A stretch of 63,416 nucleotides of DNA, the filler included, from Pelomyxa schiedti (lineage: Eukaryota > Protista > Evosea), in assembly GCA_020536535.1 (NCBI GenBank). It is 13 parts of 13 records of this genome, joined end to end, with 100 filler letters (N's around TTAATTAATTAA, not from the genome) between each part and the next. Parts side by side here need not be neighbours in the genome. Positions count along the whole stretch, not along the records: positions 1 to 1,996 come from JAHLWZ010002184.1; positions 2,097 to 11,448 come from JAHLWZ010000534.1; 11 more parts are not named here. The stretch is one strand, 5' to 3'. The notes below the pieces were generated by a model. It was not told the DNA's origin and ran no database searches. It worked only from the letters and a program-made list of their open reading frames with translations. This document shows, piece by piece, positions 1 to 11,448 of this stretch. The translations under genes were made by a program, and so were the position numbers. Each line of letters begins with the position of its first letter. Position 1 is the stretch's first letter.

Positions 1-191
1 ACCATTTGAAGAGGACAGTAGCCACACACAATTTCATCGAAAGGGGCATGGTCCTCAAATACAATCCTGATTTGCGAGTGTTTGCAGTGGTTGCTTTTGT
101 TGTTGTTGGTTTCAGGGAGCAAAATGTTGCACCACGTGCCTTCTCCTTGTTCAACATGTGACATCACATGATTCATGTCTGTGATTGACAG

Positions 192-1404
192 TTAGGGGGC
201 CACGTGGTTGGTAGAGAAAAGGGGGTTGTGAGGCAAACGGTGATTAAATCTTTGTTGAGCAGATGCCCTTTCATCACAAAAGATATTCTGGTTCTTGACA
301 CTTTCTTCCTCCAGTGTGGATATCATTCCCAGCAGTTCTTTTGGGTGGTCAGAGGGAGAAGAAAGGTGGAGGAGGTTAAAACCCTTGTTCTTTGCAGTCA
401 AGTCAGCAAATATTTTTTGGTGGAGTTGAGTTTCATCATTGAGAAGCTTCAGCTTTGCGTTTTCTTCCTCCAATTGTGTGATTCGCGCATTTAATTCTGT
501 GATTTCTTCTTTTGAACACAAAAGGTGTGATTTGAGATTTGAAGGGTTGTGGGGTACAACTTTGCAGCTGTGTTCCAGTGATTTCTTGGAAATTCAGTGA
601 TTTCTTCCTGGTTTCACTGGAAATTCCTTGTTTCCCATCATCGTTGCTGCTGCTGCCAATGGTGATGCCAACAGCTCTGAATTGCACATTGCTGGTGGTC
701 CTGGTCCTGGTCCTGGTCATTGTGGCCGTTTCTGCCGTCGTTGTTGTTGTTGTTGTTGTTGTTGCTGCTGCGGGTGGTGTTTGTAGTTGTGGATGTGGTG
801 GTGGTGAGGTGGGCTTGGAGGATTGAAGCATTCTCGTGTTGTGAGCCTTCAACAGGTTGCAGATATCAGTGAGGTTCCTTCTTTTTGCCACGTCGAGCGG
901 TGTTTCGCCTTCTCTGTTCACGCGGTTCGCGTTGATCCCGCTGACTTGGAGCAGAGCCCTCACCCCTTCCGCGAATCCCGTCTCGCAAGCCGCGTGCAGC
1001 GCCGTCTGGCCGATGAGAGACACGAACACCGACGTCTGCACCGCCAAGTTGACGTCCACGCGCGGGCACTCGAGCAGCGCCGCCGCGACGCCCGGCCAGC
1101 GCAGCCAACACGCGACGGCCAGCGGGCACGCCTTGTTCACGTCCACGTCGGGCCGCGCCGCCAGCAGCCTCACCACCGCCTCGTGGCCGTGCTGGGCGGC
1201 GCAAAACAGCGGCGTCCGGCCGGTGATGTCGGGCGTGTTTGGGTCGACCGGGGGGCGGGGGCCGCCGCGCGACGCGCCCTCCCCCGCGCCGAGGAGCTCC
1301 CGGACGGCCGACTCGTCCCCGTGCCCGCACGCGTAGTGAAGCTCGGTCCAACCGCCGGCGCCGACGGGGGTGTTGATGGGCCTGTCTGACAGCGGTGTTG
1401 TCAT
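192..1404 (-). CDS. Ankyrin-repeat protein with poly-Thr linker and coiled-coil C-terminal exon
   Basis: ORF 436-1533 has ankyrin motifs GWTELHYAC, GRTPLFCAAQHGH, GQTALHAAC and GETPLDVA. The likely ATG is at 1404. An intron near 515-560 probably joins it to the heptad-rich ORF 192-521 (EEITELNARITQLEEENAKLK). The 3' end is uncertain. Confidence 0.8.
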
Positions 1405-1996
1405 CGATCGCGATGATGGGTTTGGTTGGTTGCCGTTTGCTAGCCTGGGAAAGGGGCACGGCAACCCGTGGGAGAATTCAACAAGGCCAAAGCCGGACTT
1501 TGAAATCGGGGCGTGATCAAAAACCACCAACATTACAGAAAACCAACACCCTATTGCCAGGCTGTTTTGTTTAATTCAGACATTTGGTTGTGAAATGTAG
1601 GTCCACAACCCCGAGGGCCCCTGTTGGGGCGCCCAAGTCCTTGCTGTTGTCGCAAAAAATCCCAATTGCCTTATCGGGCATTAAATTATGCAAAGAGATT
1701 TACGGTTTTCAACCGTTTTTTGCGAACTATGATGAGCGGGGAAAAGCAAAGAAGGCTGCAGCCAAGCCCGCAAGGCGCGCGGCATAGTGCGGCCCCCCCG
1801 TTGGCGTCGACGTGGTTACCGCGGCGGTGGAGGCCGTGTTGGTGTTGGTGTCGATGTTGCGTGTGTGGCCTGGGCTTGTTGTTGTTGCTGTGTTTGTGAT
1901 GATTGTGGGTGCGGAACCACCACCTGAACTGGTGGTTGTTGTGACTATGAGCTCTGTGCATGTCATCATGATTTTCTCAATTGCGGGGAACGACGG

Positions 1997-2096
1997 NNNN
2001 NNNNNNNNNNNNNNNNNNNNNNNNNNNNNNNNNNNNNNNNTTAATTAATTAANNNNNNNNNNNNNNNNNNNNNNNNNNNNNNNNNNNNNNNNNNNN
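1997..2096. other. Artificial contig linker (N44-TTAATTAATTAA-N44)
   Basis: The same six-frame-stop linker recurs at 11449-11548, 14039-14138, 16181-16280, 17499-17598, 18787-18886, 20977-21076, 26419-26518, 28633-28732, 42334-42433, 60267-60366 and 62087-62186. Confidence 0.98.
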
Positions 2097-5079
2097 CCTC
2101 AGTGTCACTTCCTCCATGCCACTGGTGGCAAAGGTTGAAGGAGTGAGCAGTGGCAACCTCATGCATTTGCCGTCTGTCGTCCAGCCATGGATGTCCCTGT
2201 AGTTTGGTGCTCTGTCACCAAGTGGCCCCATGCACGGAATCACCCCGTAGGCTACAAGCTGGTCCGCTGTCATAAGGTGGGTGATAGATAGGTGCCACTC
2301 ATACACGCGATCACCAATGAGCTGTGTGGTGGCTATCACAGTTGACTCCCCGGATCGTCCTGGCCTCGGTTTGGTGACTGTTGACTTGTCATTTGTTGGT
2401 ATCACGAGGCTATTCCCACAGCAAGCTGTGTCCCACTCCCATGTTTCCTCTTGTGTTACCAGGGGGTTAGGGGGTTAGGTGAAGGAAATTGTTTGGAGAT
2501 TTTCACCCCAAAGAGAGTTCAGAATTCACACCATAACACAAAGTGGAAGAAGCCTTTTGGCCGGCAACTGTGATCGTCAACGTGTGAACTGCGTTGTTGA
2601 CTGCAGGTGGTACCGTGCATGTGATTTCAGTGTGTGGGNNNNNNNNNNNNNNNNNNNNNNNNNNNNNNNNNNNNNNNNNNNNNNNNNNNNNNNNNNNNNN
2701 NNNNNNNNNNNNNNNNNNNNNNNNNNNNNNNNNNNNNNCATAACACAAAGTGGAAGAAGCCTTTTGGCCGGCAACTGTGATCGTCAACGTGTGAACTGCG
2801 TTGTTGACTGCAGGTGGTACCGTGCATGTGATTTCAGTGTGTGGGCATGTAAGTTCGACGCTGCTACACATCACACCTGTTCCATTTGGGAATTAAACAA
2901 CTAAATAGTCCTTGAGATACCATTGACTGAGGCAGTGATTTCACTTGATGAGGAACCAAATCTGCGCCCTCTGATTTTAACCTCCCTGCTATTACAGGAA
3001 GCCTTAGATACACTGTGAATGCATGGTCCTGGATTTGATGTGAACTTCGCTTTAGGGGAAAAAAGAACATAGTAACCTGGAAAAGAGAACCTTGTGTCGT
3101 TCGGACTGTCAGCAGTGACACCAAACACAGAGAGGGACACTGGTAGGTCACTGCCCACGCCATAATCCGGCACAGTGAAAGTGAGAACAGAACCAGGAGT
3201 GACAATTTTCACGTTTGTGCACTCTGATTCACCAACATGCATTATAATGTCTTTGCTTGTTGCTGTTGCCGCCCACAACCCAGTTGCAGTTACACAGTCT
3301 TCTGCCACCGCGGCAGAACTTGTGGTATCTTTGATGCATTCAAGTACTGGCCCTTTATGCATTGTGTGTTTGTCAGATGCAAAAGAGCAACACATACCAG
3401 GGGAAACGAAGCACAGGTGAGGAATCTTTTCCTTTACCAGTTCGATGTCATGTGCGGAAATCCAAATTTTAGTTGTGCACGGTGATAGGTGTTCTGCCTT
3501 GCATTCAAGTTGCTATGAATTGACTGTTAAGCGCGCAAATCAAAAACAATAAGACCTTGAGGATTCCAGGTAACGCCTCACACAAGTCAGTGATCTTTTG
3601 GCCATTCCCACTTTTCAAGATTGCAGCACACTTCGACTTGTATTTCTCAATGTGCCCAAGCCCCGTATCAATGACATCCAATTGCTGTGACAAGGCACCA
3701 ACTGCGTGTGGTTAGTGAAAGAAGTAAGAATAATTGGGAAACACGCCTTTACAGGATGCAATTGCCTCAGAAGTCGAAATCAATTCCTCTTGCCTCCTTT
3801 GCAATCTTGAAATAATGACTGAGAATTCCTGTACAACTTTTTCTGCAAATTGGCTCTGATCCTTTGGTGGTGTTTATTGTTTGGGTGGTGGGTGGAAAAC
3901 ATAAACCAGCTTTATTCTCACACTGTCAGATTTGATGGAAGCAGCCAATGAATTCAAATCAGCTTCCAGTTTTGCGAGTTGTGCAAAAAAAGCTTTTGGG
4001 CTTGGAAGATGCTTATAAGACATGTCCTCCACTGATACAACATTGTGCCCCTTTTTTTCTGAAGTCATTCAATAATAAATAATGTACCAAAGAACCTTGT
4101 GAGAGGAATAGAAAACGCATCTTGAGCAAATTAATGTATCATCTGTTTGACAGAATACATCAAGTGGAAGCTGGTGACTTTCACACATTCTCACAGCTAT
4201 TACACCATTAAGAATAACGCACACAGTAGGATACAGAGTAATCAATGTAACTACATACTACTAAGTTCAACTTGAAGGGAGAACTTAACCTTCTGGGAAT
4301 TCCACAGGTACATAAATAGAACTAAGATCGGACTTGGCATGGGAGGACATCCAGGGTGTCCAGTGAGCCTTTGACCAACACGACTCGCAGAATAGCATCA
4401 CAGTCTTTCCCCCAGGTGATGCCTTTGTGCACTCAGCGCACGTGTACTTTGCTGCAACATCAGCATGCTCTGATGCCTTGCACATCACGCACGATTGAAC
4501 AGAAGCCACGCGAGCGGCCTTCCTCCTCCTCTTTGGACAAGTAGGTGTTGGGCTCAGTGGTATCTCGACCTCTTCTTCATCTTCTTCCACAATGACCTCT
4601 TCCTGTTCTTCATCTATCATCTCCTGCTTCACAACCACTGCCGACACAAGTGACTTATCGCTGAGGGGGGATAAGCTACACCCAGTGCCGTGATAAGCCT
4701 GTTGCTGTTGCTGTTGATTCTGCCGTTCCCGCCACAAGGTCCCCTCCTTTGCACACCCACACACGGAGCACCAAAACTCAACAACCGTTGTCATCGTCGC
4801 GGTGGGGGTGGCGGGTGGTGAGGCTTCCTCTCCCTCTCCCTCTGCCCCCTGCTGCTGCTGCTCCTCCCCATCCTGGTCGTGGTGGTGGTGGTGGCGGCGA
4901 TGGTGACACGCACCCGCTGCCGCCGTGGGGATGCCCCTCGAGAAAGTCACTATGGCGTCGCCGCACTCGCAGCACACAGGGTGCCCGCACGACGGGCACT
5001 CAAATGCCCAATGTGACCAAGGGGGCAGTGGGCCACAGTGGCACACCGAGCACCGTCGCCGCGGTCCGGTTTCGTTCAT
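2097..5079 (-). CDS. TRIM-like protein copy 1 (RING-Bbox1-Bbox2-CC-2xIPT/TIG-SPRY-like), multi-exon, 3' end cut by contig edge
   Basis: RING: CSVC..CGHPVCCEC..WCSVC. B-box1: CVMC..CAEC..FCESCWSKAH..SH. B-box2: CESHQLPLDVFCQTDDTLICSRCVFYSSHK/GHNVV. Coiled-coil exons follow. IPT/TIG: VGESECTNVKIVTPGSVLTFTVP and VKIRGRRFG..ITCTVPP. C-terminal beta-sandwich: WEWD..YEWHLSI..VAYGV. Confidence 0.8.
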
Positions 5080-5165
5080 CAATTTTGGCTACTTATTCTT
5101 GGAAGGTTTAACTACAAAAGCCAATGTACTTACACAGTGGCATGTACATGTTCCATTGCGGTCTT

Positions 5166-7937
5166 TCAATGCTTGGCAGGGGAGATCCTTACGGTATTGG
5201 GGTAGGAAATGCTGACGGCAGGATACAAGCCACTTGGCACATTTGCCACTGTTTCACGTTGTGTGTGGCCATCTGAGTACACCCACTTTGGCCACTTGGC
5301 AGTGAGCGTGAGTGTGCGCGGATCATACCTCAGTATCACTTGCTCTTTCCCCTCTGGCGTCCCTCTCACTCCTCCCACTGGCACCCGCAGCTGGTCGTTG
5401 TCTGTTGTCCATCCATACATGTCGCTGTACTGTAGCGCCTTGGTGTTGAGTGGCTTGGGCATCACGCCAAAGGCCACGAGCTTGCTTTGGTGGGGCTTAC
5501 CCCTGAGGCCAGAGATTGAGAGGTGCCACTCGTGCACGCGATCGCCAACTAGCTGCGTTGTGGCTATCACTGTTGAGTGGGTGTATGTCCTGGAACTGGC
5601 CGTGGACTTGCTCACTATGGACTTGTCATCTTTGTGTATGTCAAGGAACCCACCACAGCACGTTGTGTCCCACTCCCATGGGTCCTCTGTTTTTGGGCCA
5701 TTAGAGTTGACGTTTACTAGAATTGACACACCAAAAAACAAAGTGGAAGAAGCCTGTTGACCAGCAACTGTGACAGTCAAGGTGTGAACTGTATTGTCCT
5801 GTTTTGGTGGAACTGTGCATGTTACCTTGGTGTACGGGTGTATGACTTCAACATCGCTGCACAGCACTCCTGCATTTAAGCCTTAGGATGAAAAAGAAAA
5901 CTTTTCATCACACCATTGACTGAAACAGTGATTTCACTTGGCAAGGTACCAAACCTGTGTCCTGTGATCTTCACCTTCCTTTCATCACAGGTAGCCTCTG
6001 ATACCTTTGTTATCTCTGGTCCTGTTGTGTGTGATTGCCGAAGGAACAAAAGGTTTCACTGAAAAACCTGAGGATGAGAACCTTGTGTCATTTGGCCTGT
6101 CGGCAGTGACTCCAAACACGGAGAGTGATACCGGGAGGTTGTCACCCCCTGGTGGAGCAGTGAAAGTGAGAACCGAGCCAGGAGTGACAATGTTCACGTT
6201 TGTGCACTCAGATTCACCAACTCGCACTTGAATGTCTTGGTTTGTTGCTGTTGCTGGCCAGCAGCCATGTGCTGTGAAAGAGCCTTCTGCTGTTGTGGTT
6301 TCTTTGATGCATTCAAGCACCGGTCCTAACGTGGATTGCTTGTTTGTTTTCCAGAAAAGAATGCCGGCACACACCAGAAGAAACAAAACACAGCTCAGGA
6401 ATCTTGTCCTTCAGAGGCTTGATGTCATCTGTGGAAATCCAAATTTTTGTTGTGCTGGAGACATGTGTTCCTTTTTGCATTCAAATTGCTGTGTGGATTT
6501 GAACATTAAACACGGCCGAGAAAGATTGAACAAGAAAAAAATCACCTTGAGGATTCCAGGAAATGCCTCACACAAGCTTTTGATCTTGGGACCGTTACAG
6601 CTTTTCACGATTGCGGTGCACTTGGACTTATATTTCTCAATGTGCTCAAGTCCGGCTGAAAGGACTTCCAGTTGTTTTGACAATGTACAAACTTTGCCGA
6701 TAAGAGAAAAATGAAAGAAAAAACAATGAATGACAGAAGTACCTTTGGAGGATGCAATTGCCTCGGAGGCTGAAATTAATTCATCTTGCCTCATTTGTAG
6801 TAGTGAAATCATCTCAGCGAATTCATTTCGGACAGTCTCTTCAAATTGGCTCTGTTCCTTTTTGTTGTTGAGATGATTATTGATTTTGTTTGGAGTTGGG
6901 CAAGAAACCAGGTGTATCTTGGAAGTGTCCGATTTGATGGAAACGGCCAGCCTATTCAAATCGGATTCCAATTTCGAGAGTCGTGTACAGAATGTTTTTG
7001 GGCTTACCGAATTTTTACAATAACATGTGTCCTCCACAGATCCGACTGGGTGCCCCTTTTATTAAGTTACAAAACAAAAAACTGTGTTACAACCTTGTGG
7101 GAATCGAAAGCACATCTAGCACAAATAAATGTGCAATCTAATCTGCAGAACACATCAAGTGGAAGCTGGTGAACATCACATGTATTCGTGCCTGGTTTTT
7201 TCAGTAGGATTGTAAAAAAAAAAAAAAAAAAAAAAAGAAAGAATAGTGCCACCTAATTGACAGATGTAATCGTAGCCGGGAGCAGCGGCAGGATCGGACT
7301 TTGCGTGAGACGCCATCCAGGGGGCCCAGTGGGCCTTTGCCCAGCACGACTTGCAGTACAGCATCGGCATGCCTCCCCCCGACGCCTTGGTGCACTCCAC
7401 GCACATGTAGTTGGCCGCAACCCCGTCGGCCTTGCACGCCACGCACAGCGCCACTGCCCCCGGTACCCGTGGTGCCCCACGCCGCGGGGCCGGTTCCGCC
7501 GCTTCCCTCCCCCGCCTCCTCTTCGGACATGGTCCCCTCGGTTTGCCTGTGCCTTCGTCATCGTCATCGCCGTCACCATCATCATCGTCGTCATCATCAT
7601 CCTCTTCTTCTTCGCCCTTCACAATGTGCCCAACTTGTAGTTGGATTACGGTCGCGTCCCGGGCACACGCGCACGCGGGGCACCACATCTCGATTGTGGT
7701 CGGCGGGTCGCCCTCCTGCGGCTCGGGCGGATGCGCCGACGAGGTAGCGGACGCGGGGATGTCCCTCTTGAAGGTCGAGACGACGCCGCTGCACTCGTGG
7801 CACACGGGGTGCCCGCACGACGGGCGCACGGCCACGCACCCCGAGGCCGGTGGCGCGAGAGCGCCGTGCACGGGGCTGTGGCACACGGAGCAACGTGCGG
7901 GCGTGACGGTACGCGGCACCGACGGGCTGCTTGCCAT
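5166..7937 (-). pseudogene. TRIM-like protein copy 2, same architecture, with an apparent 1-nt frameshift near 6455
   Basis: Exon structure matches copy 1 and the SPRY-like domain is complete (..GLYPAVSISYPNTVRI). It reads 'cca gc aca aca' where copy 1 has 'ccg tgc aca act', giving a premature stop at 6411. This could be a sequencing error. Confidence 0.7.
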
Positions 7938-8049
7938 GTTTGGCTTCTCGGAAACAACGGTTGTTAGTCTGGTGATGGGACCAGTTCCGTGGTAATGAGG
8001 CACAATTTGGGGAGGGGGTCACTTTGAGGAGGAGCGGCGGAAAGGGGGG

Positions 8050-10857
8050 TTACGTCTGTGCTATCTTGACAGTGTTGTGGTTGTGAATGTTTACAGCAGG
8101 ATACAAACCCAGCGGGACGTTGTTCACTGTTGCGGTTGCGTTGTTGTGTCGCGGCCACGTTGCAGTGAGCGTGAGTGTGCGTGCGTCATACCGGAACATA
8201 ACATCCTCACTGCCCCCGCTGGCTTGGAACCTGGGTGTGGTGTCTACATTCCAGGAGTTACCAGATGTGCTCCAGCCGTACATGAGGCTGCAGGGGGTTG
8301 CATAGTTTTGGTCGAACGGCTTCGGTATGAGTCCGTAGGCAACCCATTGGCATCCAAGCGTTTGCTTGAGGTCAGAGATTGAGAGCTGCCACTCATACAC
8401 GCGGTCAGGATCAGAGAGCTGTGTGGTGGCTGTCACTGTCGATTGTGGGTGTTTGTGGGGGCTGGATACTGGCTTGCGCACCATTGATTTGTAATGTGGT
8501 GTGATGGCAAGGTGGTTACCGCAGCACCCTGTGTCCCACTCCCATGTTGTTGTATCTGTTTTGGTGAGGAAGTGATTGATGGGTTGAACAACAAACGGAA
8601 ACACACCAAAAAGCAGAGTGGATGAAACATGTTGACCGGCAACTGTGAGAGTCAGTGTTGCTTGGTTGGAGTTGTTGTCTCTGGGCTGTGGCACTGTGCA
8701 CGCGATGACAGTGTGTGGGTGTGTCACCTCTACGTTGAGGCACATTACTCCTGTGTGTTTTTGGAATCAGATAATCAGATGAATATCAATGGAGTGTAAC
8801 ACACCATTGACACACACTGTTATTTCACGGGGTGAGGTTCCAAACCCACGACCTGTGATTGTTACCCTCCCGCCTTGTCGAGGAACCCTTGTGACGTTGT
8901 GAATCTCTGGTCCTGTGTGTGCCTGTTGTGAGATTTCTTGTGAAAAGCACAACAAACCTGGGAATGAGAACCTCGTGTCATTTGGCCTGTGAGCAGGAGC
9001 CCCAAACACAGAGAGTGACACAGGGAGGTCACATCCAACACCACAATCTGGCAACGTGAAAGTGAGAACAGAACCAGGAGTGACAATGTTCACGTTTGTG
9101 CACTCTGATTCACCAACTCCCACTTGAATGTCTTGGTTCTTTGCCGGCAGTGCCCAGTGTCCACACAGGGCCACCAAACGTCCTCCTGTTCCTCTGGCGT
9201 CTGCTGTTGTTTCCTCCTTGATGCATTCAAGCACTGGTCCTGTGATTTTATTCAGATAATAAGCGGGGAAAGTGAAGCAACCAACCAGTTGAGATGTAAC
9301 AGAGGCCAGGAATCTTTGATTTGAAGGGTTCAATGTCATCAGTGCGACAACTCAAAGTTCCACTGACACAGGGTGTCAAGTTCTCTGGTTTGCATTCAAT
9401 TTGCTATTTTCCTTTGCGTAAGAGTGTGGGGATGTGTCCCCGCAAGTTAGGTCGTTGAAATAACAATTACCCTCAGGATGACAGTGATTGAATTACAAGA
9501 TTCGATGATTTTAAAGGGATCACCAGTCTTCAGAATTGCCTCAAACTTGGATTTGAAATTCGCAACGTGCATCACTCCCACTGTGATGCTCTCAAGTTGC
9601 TTTGACAACTCACATGCTGTTTTGTTAAAACAATGTCAAAAAAAAAAGTGAAAGAACTAGAGGACACACACTCTTGGAGGATGCAATTGACCTTGACAAC
9701 GAAAGCAGTTCCTCTTGTCTTCTTTGCAATCTCGAAATCATCTCATTGAATTCCCGGCTTACTTTTTCCTCAAACTCACTGTGAACCTTGTTGTTTGTAT
9801 TGAATTGGTTGAAAGAAAGCCATTTTCAAATGAAAAGAAACCTGTTTCACATTTGAGATCACCGGCTCAATGGACTTTGCACTCAAGCTCAAATCAGTTT
9901 GCAATTTGGTGAGTTTCTGCACAAAGGCCTCGACACTCGATTTCTTGGAGCTGCACAAGTCTTCCACAGTCGAAATGTTGTGGCCCTTCAATGCGAGATC
10001 AGCAAAATTGATCAGTCAAATGAACAAATGGAGGACCAAACAAACCTTGTGGGAAGATGAGAACGAGCATGTCGGGCAAATGAATGTGCCATCACTCTCA
10101 CAGAACAAGTCCAGTTGAAGCCGGTGCTTCTCACACATCATCCTTCCTGTTTTTTCATCAGACTAAAAAACAAATGAGAGAAGGATTGGATTACGTTCGG
10201 GTGCCGGCTCCACCACGGCCACAGGGTCACATTTCGCTGTGACACTGAACCAGGAGCCCAGTGTAAATTGTACCAACAAGATTCGCAGAACAACATCGGG
10301 GAACCCCCTCCCAGTGTCCTCGTGCACTCCCTGCACCAGTACTTGGCACTCACTCCCATAACTCCCATCGCTGTGCACTTGCTGCAACTCATCACAACGC
10401 CACTGGTGCTGTTGTTCGGTGTGGGCTTGGCTGTTGCATCTGCCGATGGTGGTGGCGAATCGTTGTGCGGCGTCAGTTGGCGCACTGTGGCGTCCCTTGT
10501 GGCCCCGCACACGCCGCACCACACTCGCAACGCGGCTGCCGACGTCGGCGAGTTGCGGTCCCCAGCCCCAGGAACACCGCCACCGCCGCCGGCAGTGCTA
10601 CTTCCACATTTCGTGGCCGCACCCTCACGCGAGACGGAGGATTGTGGGATGTCCCTCGAGAACGTGACGATTGCTTCGCTGCAATCGCCACACACCACGT
10701 GCCCACACCCTGGCTCAACAACGACATGGTGACCACCACCACGCTCCGACGACAACGCGTTGGGTTGTTGTTCGATTATGGGATCCCTGCACACACTGCA
10801 TCGTCTTTGTTGTTGTTGTTGGTGTGTTGGTGGTGCGGCGGTTGTCACCCCTGCCAT
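8050..10857 (-). pseudogene. TRIM-like protein copy 3, same architecture, with an apparent 1-nt frameshift near 10253
   Basis: RING CSVC..CGHVVCGDC..WCGVC; B-box2 CEKHRLQLDLFCESDGTFICPTCSFSSSHK; two IPT domains; SPRY-like end LGLYPAVNIHNHNTVKI. After HWAP the paralog-like sequence (WFSVTAKCDP) and the correct intron phase lie in a shifted frame. Confidence 0.7.
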
Positions 10858-11089
10858 CGATGCAACAATTTTATGTGAAAATCACTGTTCTGGTTGTAAA
10901 TCCTGGACACAGACCACACGGTACTTTGTACACTGTTCCACTGTCCAACTGAGGGAGACCATAGAAGTTTCTGAGCCCCTGAGCTGAGGAGATGATTACT
11001 ACATTGTGGGTCAAAGGCCACAGACCGAACATAATAAAAGAGAATTCTCCACACGCCTCTTCACGACCTCCGCGCAGCCCCGGAAAAAA

Positions 11090-11448
11090 ATGATTGATGG
11101 TGCCGGTGAGGAGCGGTATACCACAGCCAAATCGCAAGTCCTGGCCATCCTATGTTCTGCAGTTGGGTCGTTGAGTGCCCATAACTTTAGCACACAAAAC
11201 AAAACTGATGTAGAAGTGACGATACTTACAAAAAAAAACAAAATACAGACACACACGCAGTGGCAGCAGCGACGACGAAAGTGGCGACAACGAAGACGAC
11301 GTCCACATGGACGCGTGGAGGCCGACGACGCATCCCGTCCCATCATTGATTTCTTGGGTGCGCTCAGCTGATTTGTTCAGGGAGTGGGCTGAGAACTGGG
11401 TTCTGAGGCCTGACCAAGAGGCCGTGTTCTTGCCATTGAAGCACTCGC
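11090..11448 (+). CDS. 5' fragment of a lineage-expanded hypothetical protein family
   Basis: MIDGAGEERYTTAKSQVLAILCS followed by LFREWAENWVL, resembling 28129 (ARAQFVAFGCG..DFGRQWVV). Cut by the contig end. Confidence 0.45.

Noticed and set aside
823-1459. Multiple long overlapping ORFs in GC-rich first exons (also 7250-8020, 30358-31161, 56846-57793)
   Set aside because: Shadow frames of GC-rich or low-complexity coding sequence with no independent motifs.
2532-2845. Direct repeats flanking 100-N gaps (also about 13225-13520 and 61249-61590)
   Set aside because: Identical overlapping contig ends either side of a scaffold gap, so an assembly artefact rather than an internal domain duplication.
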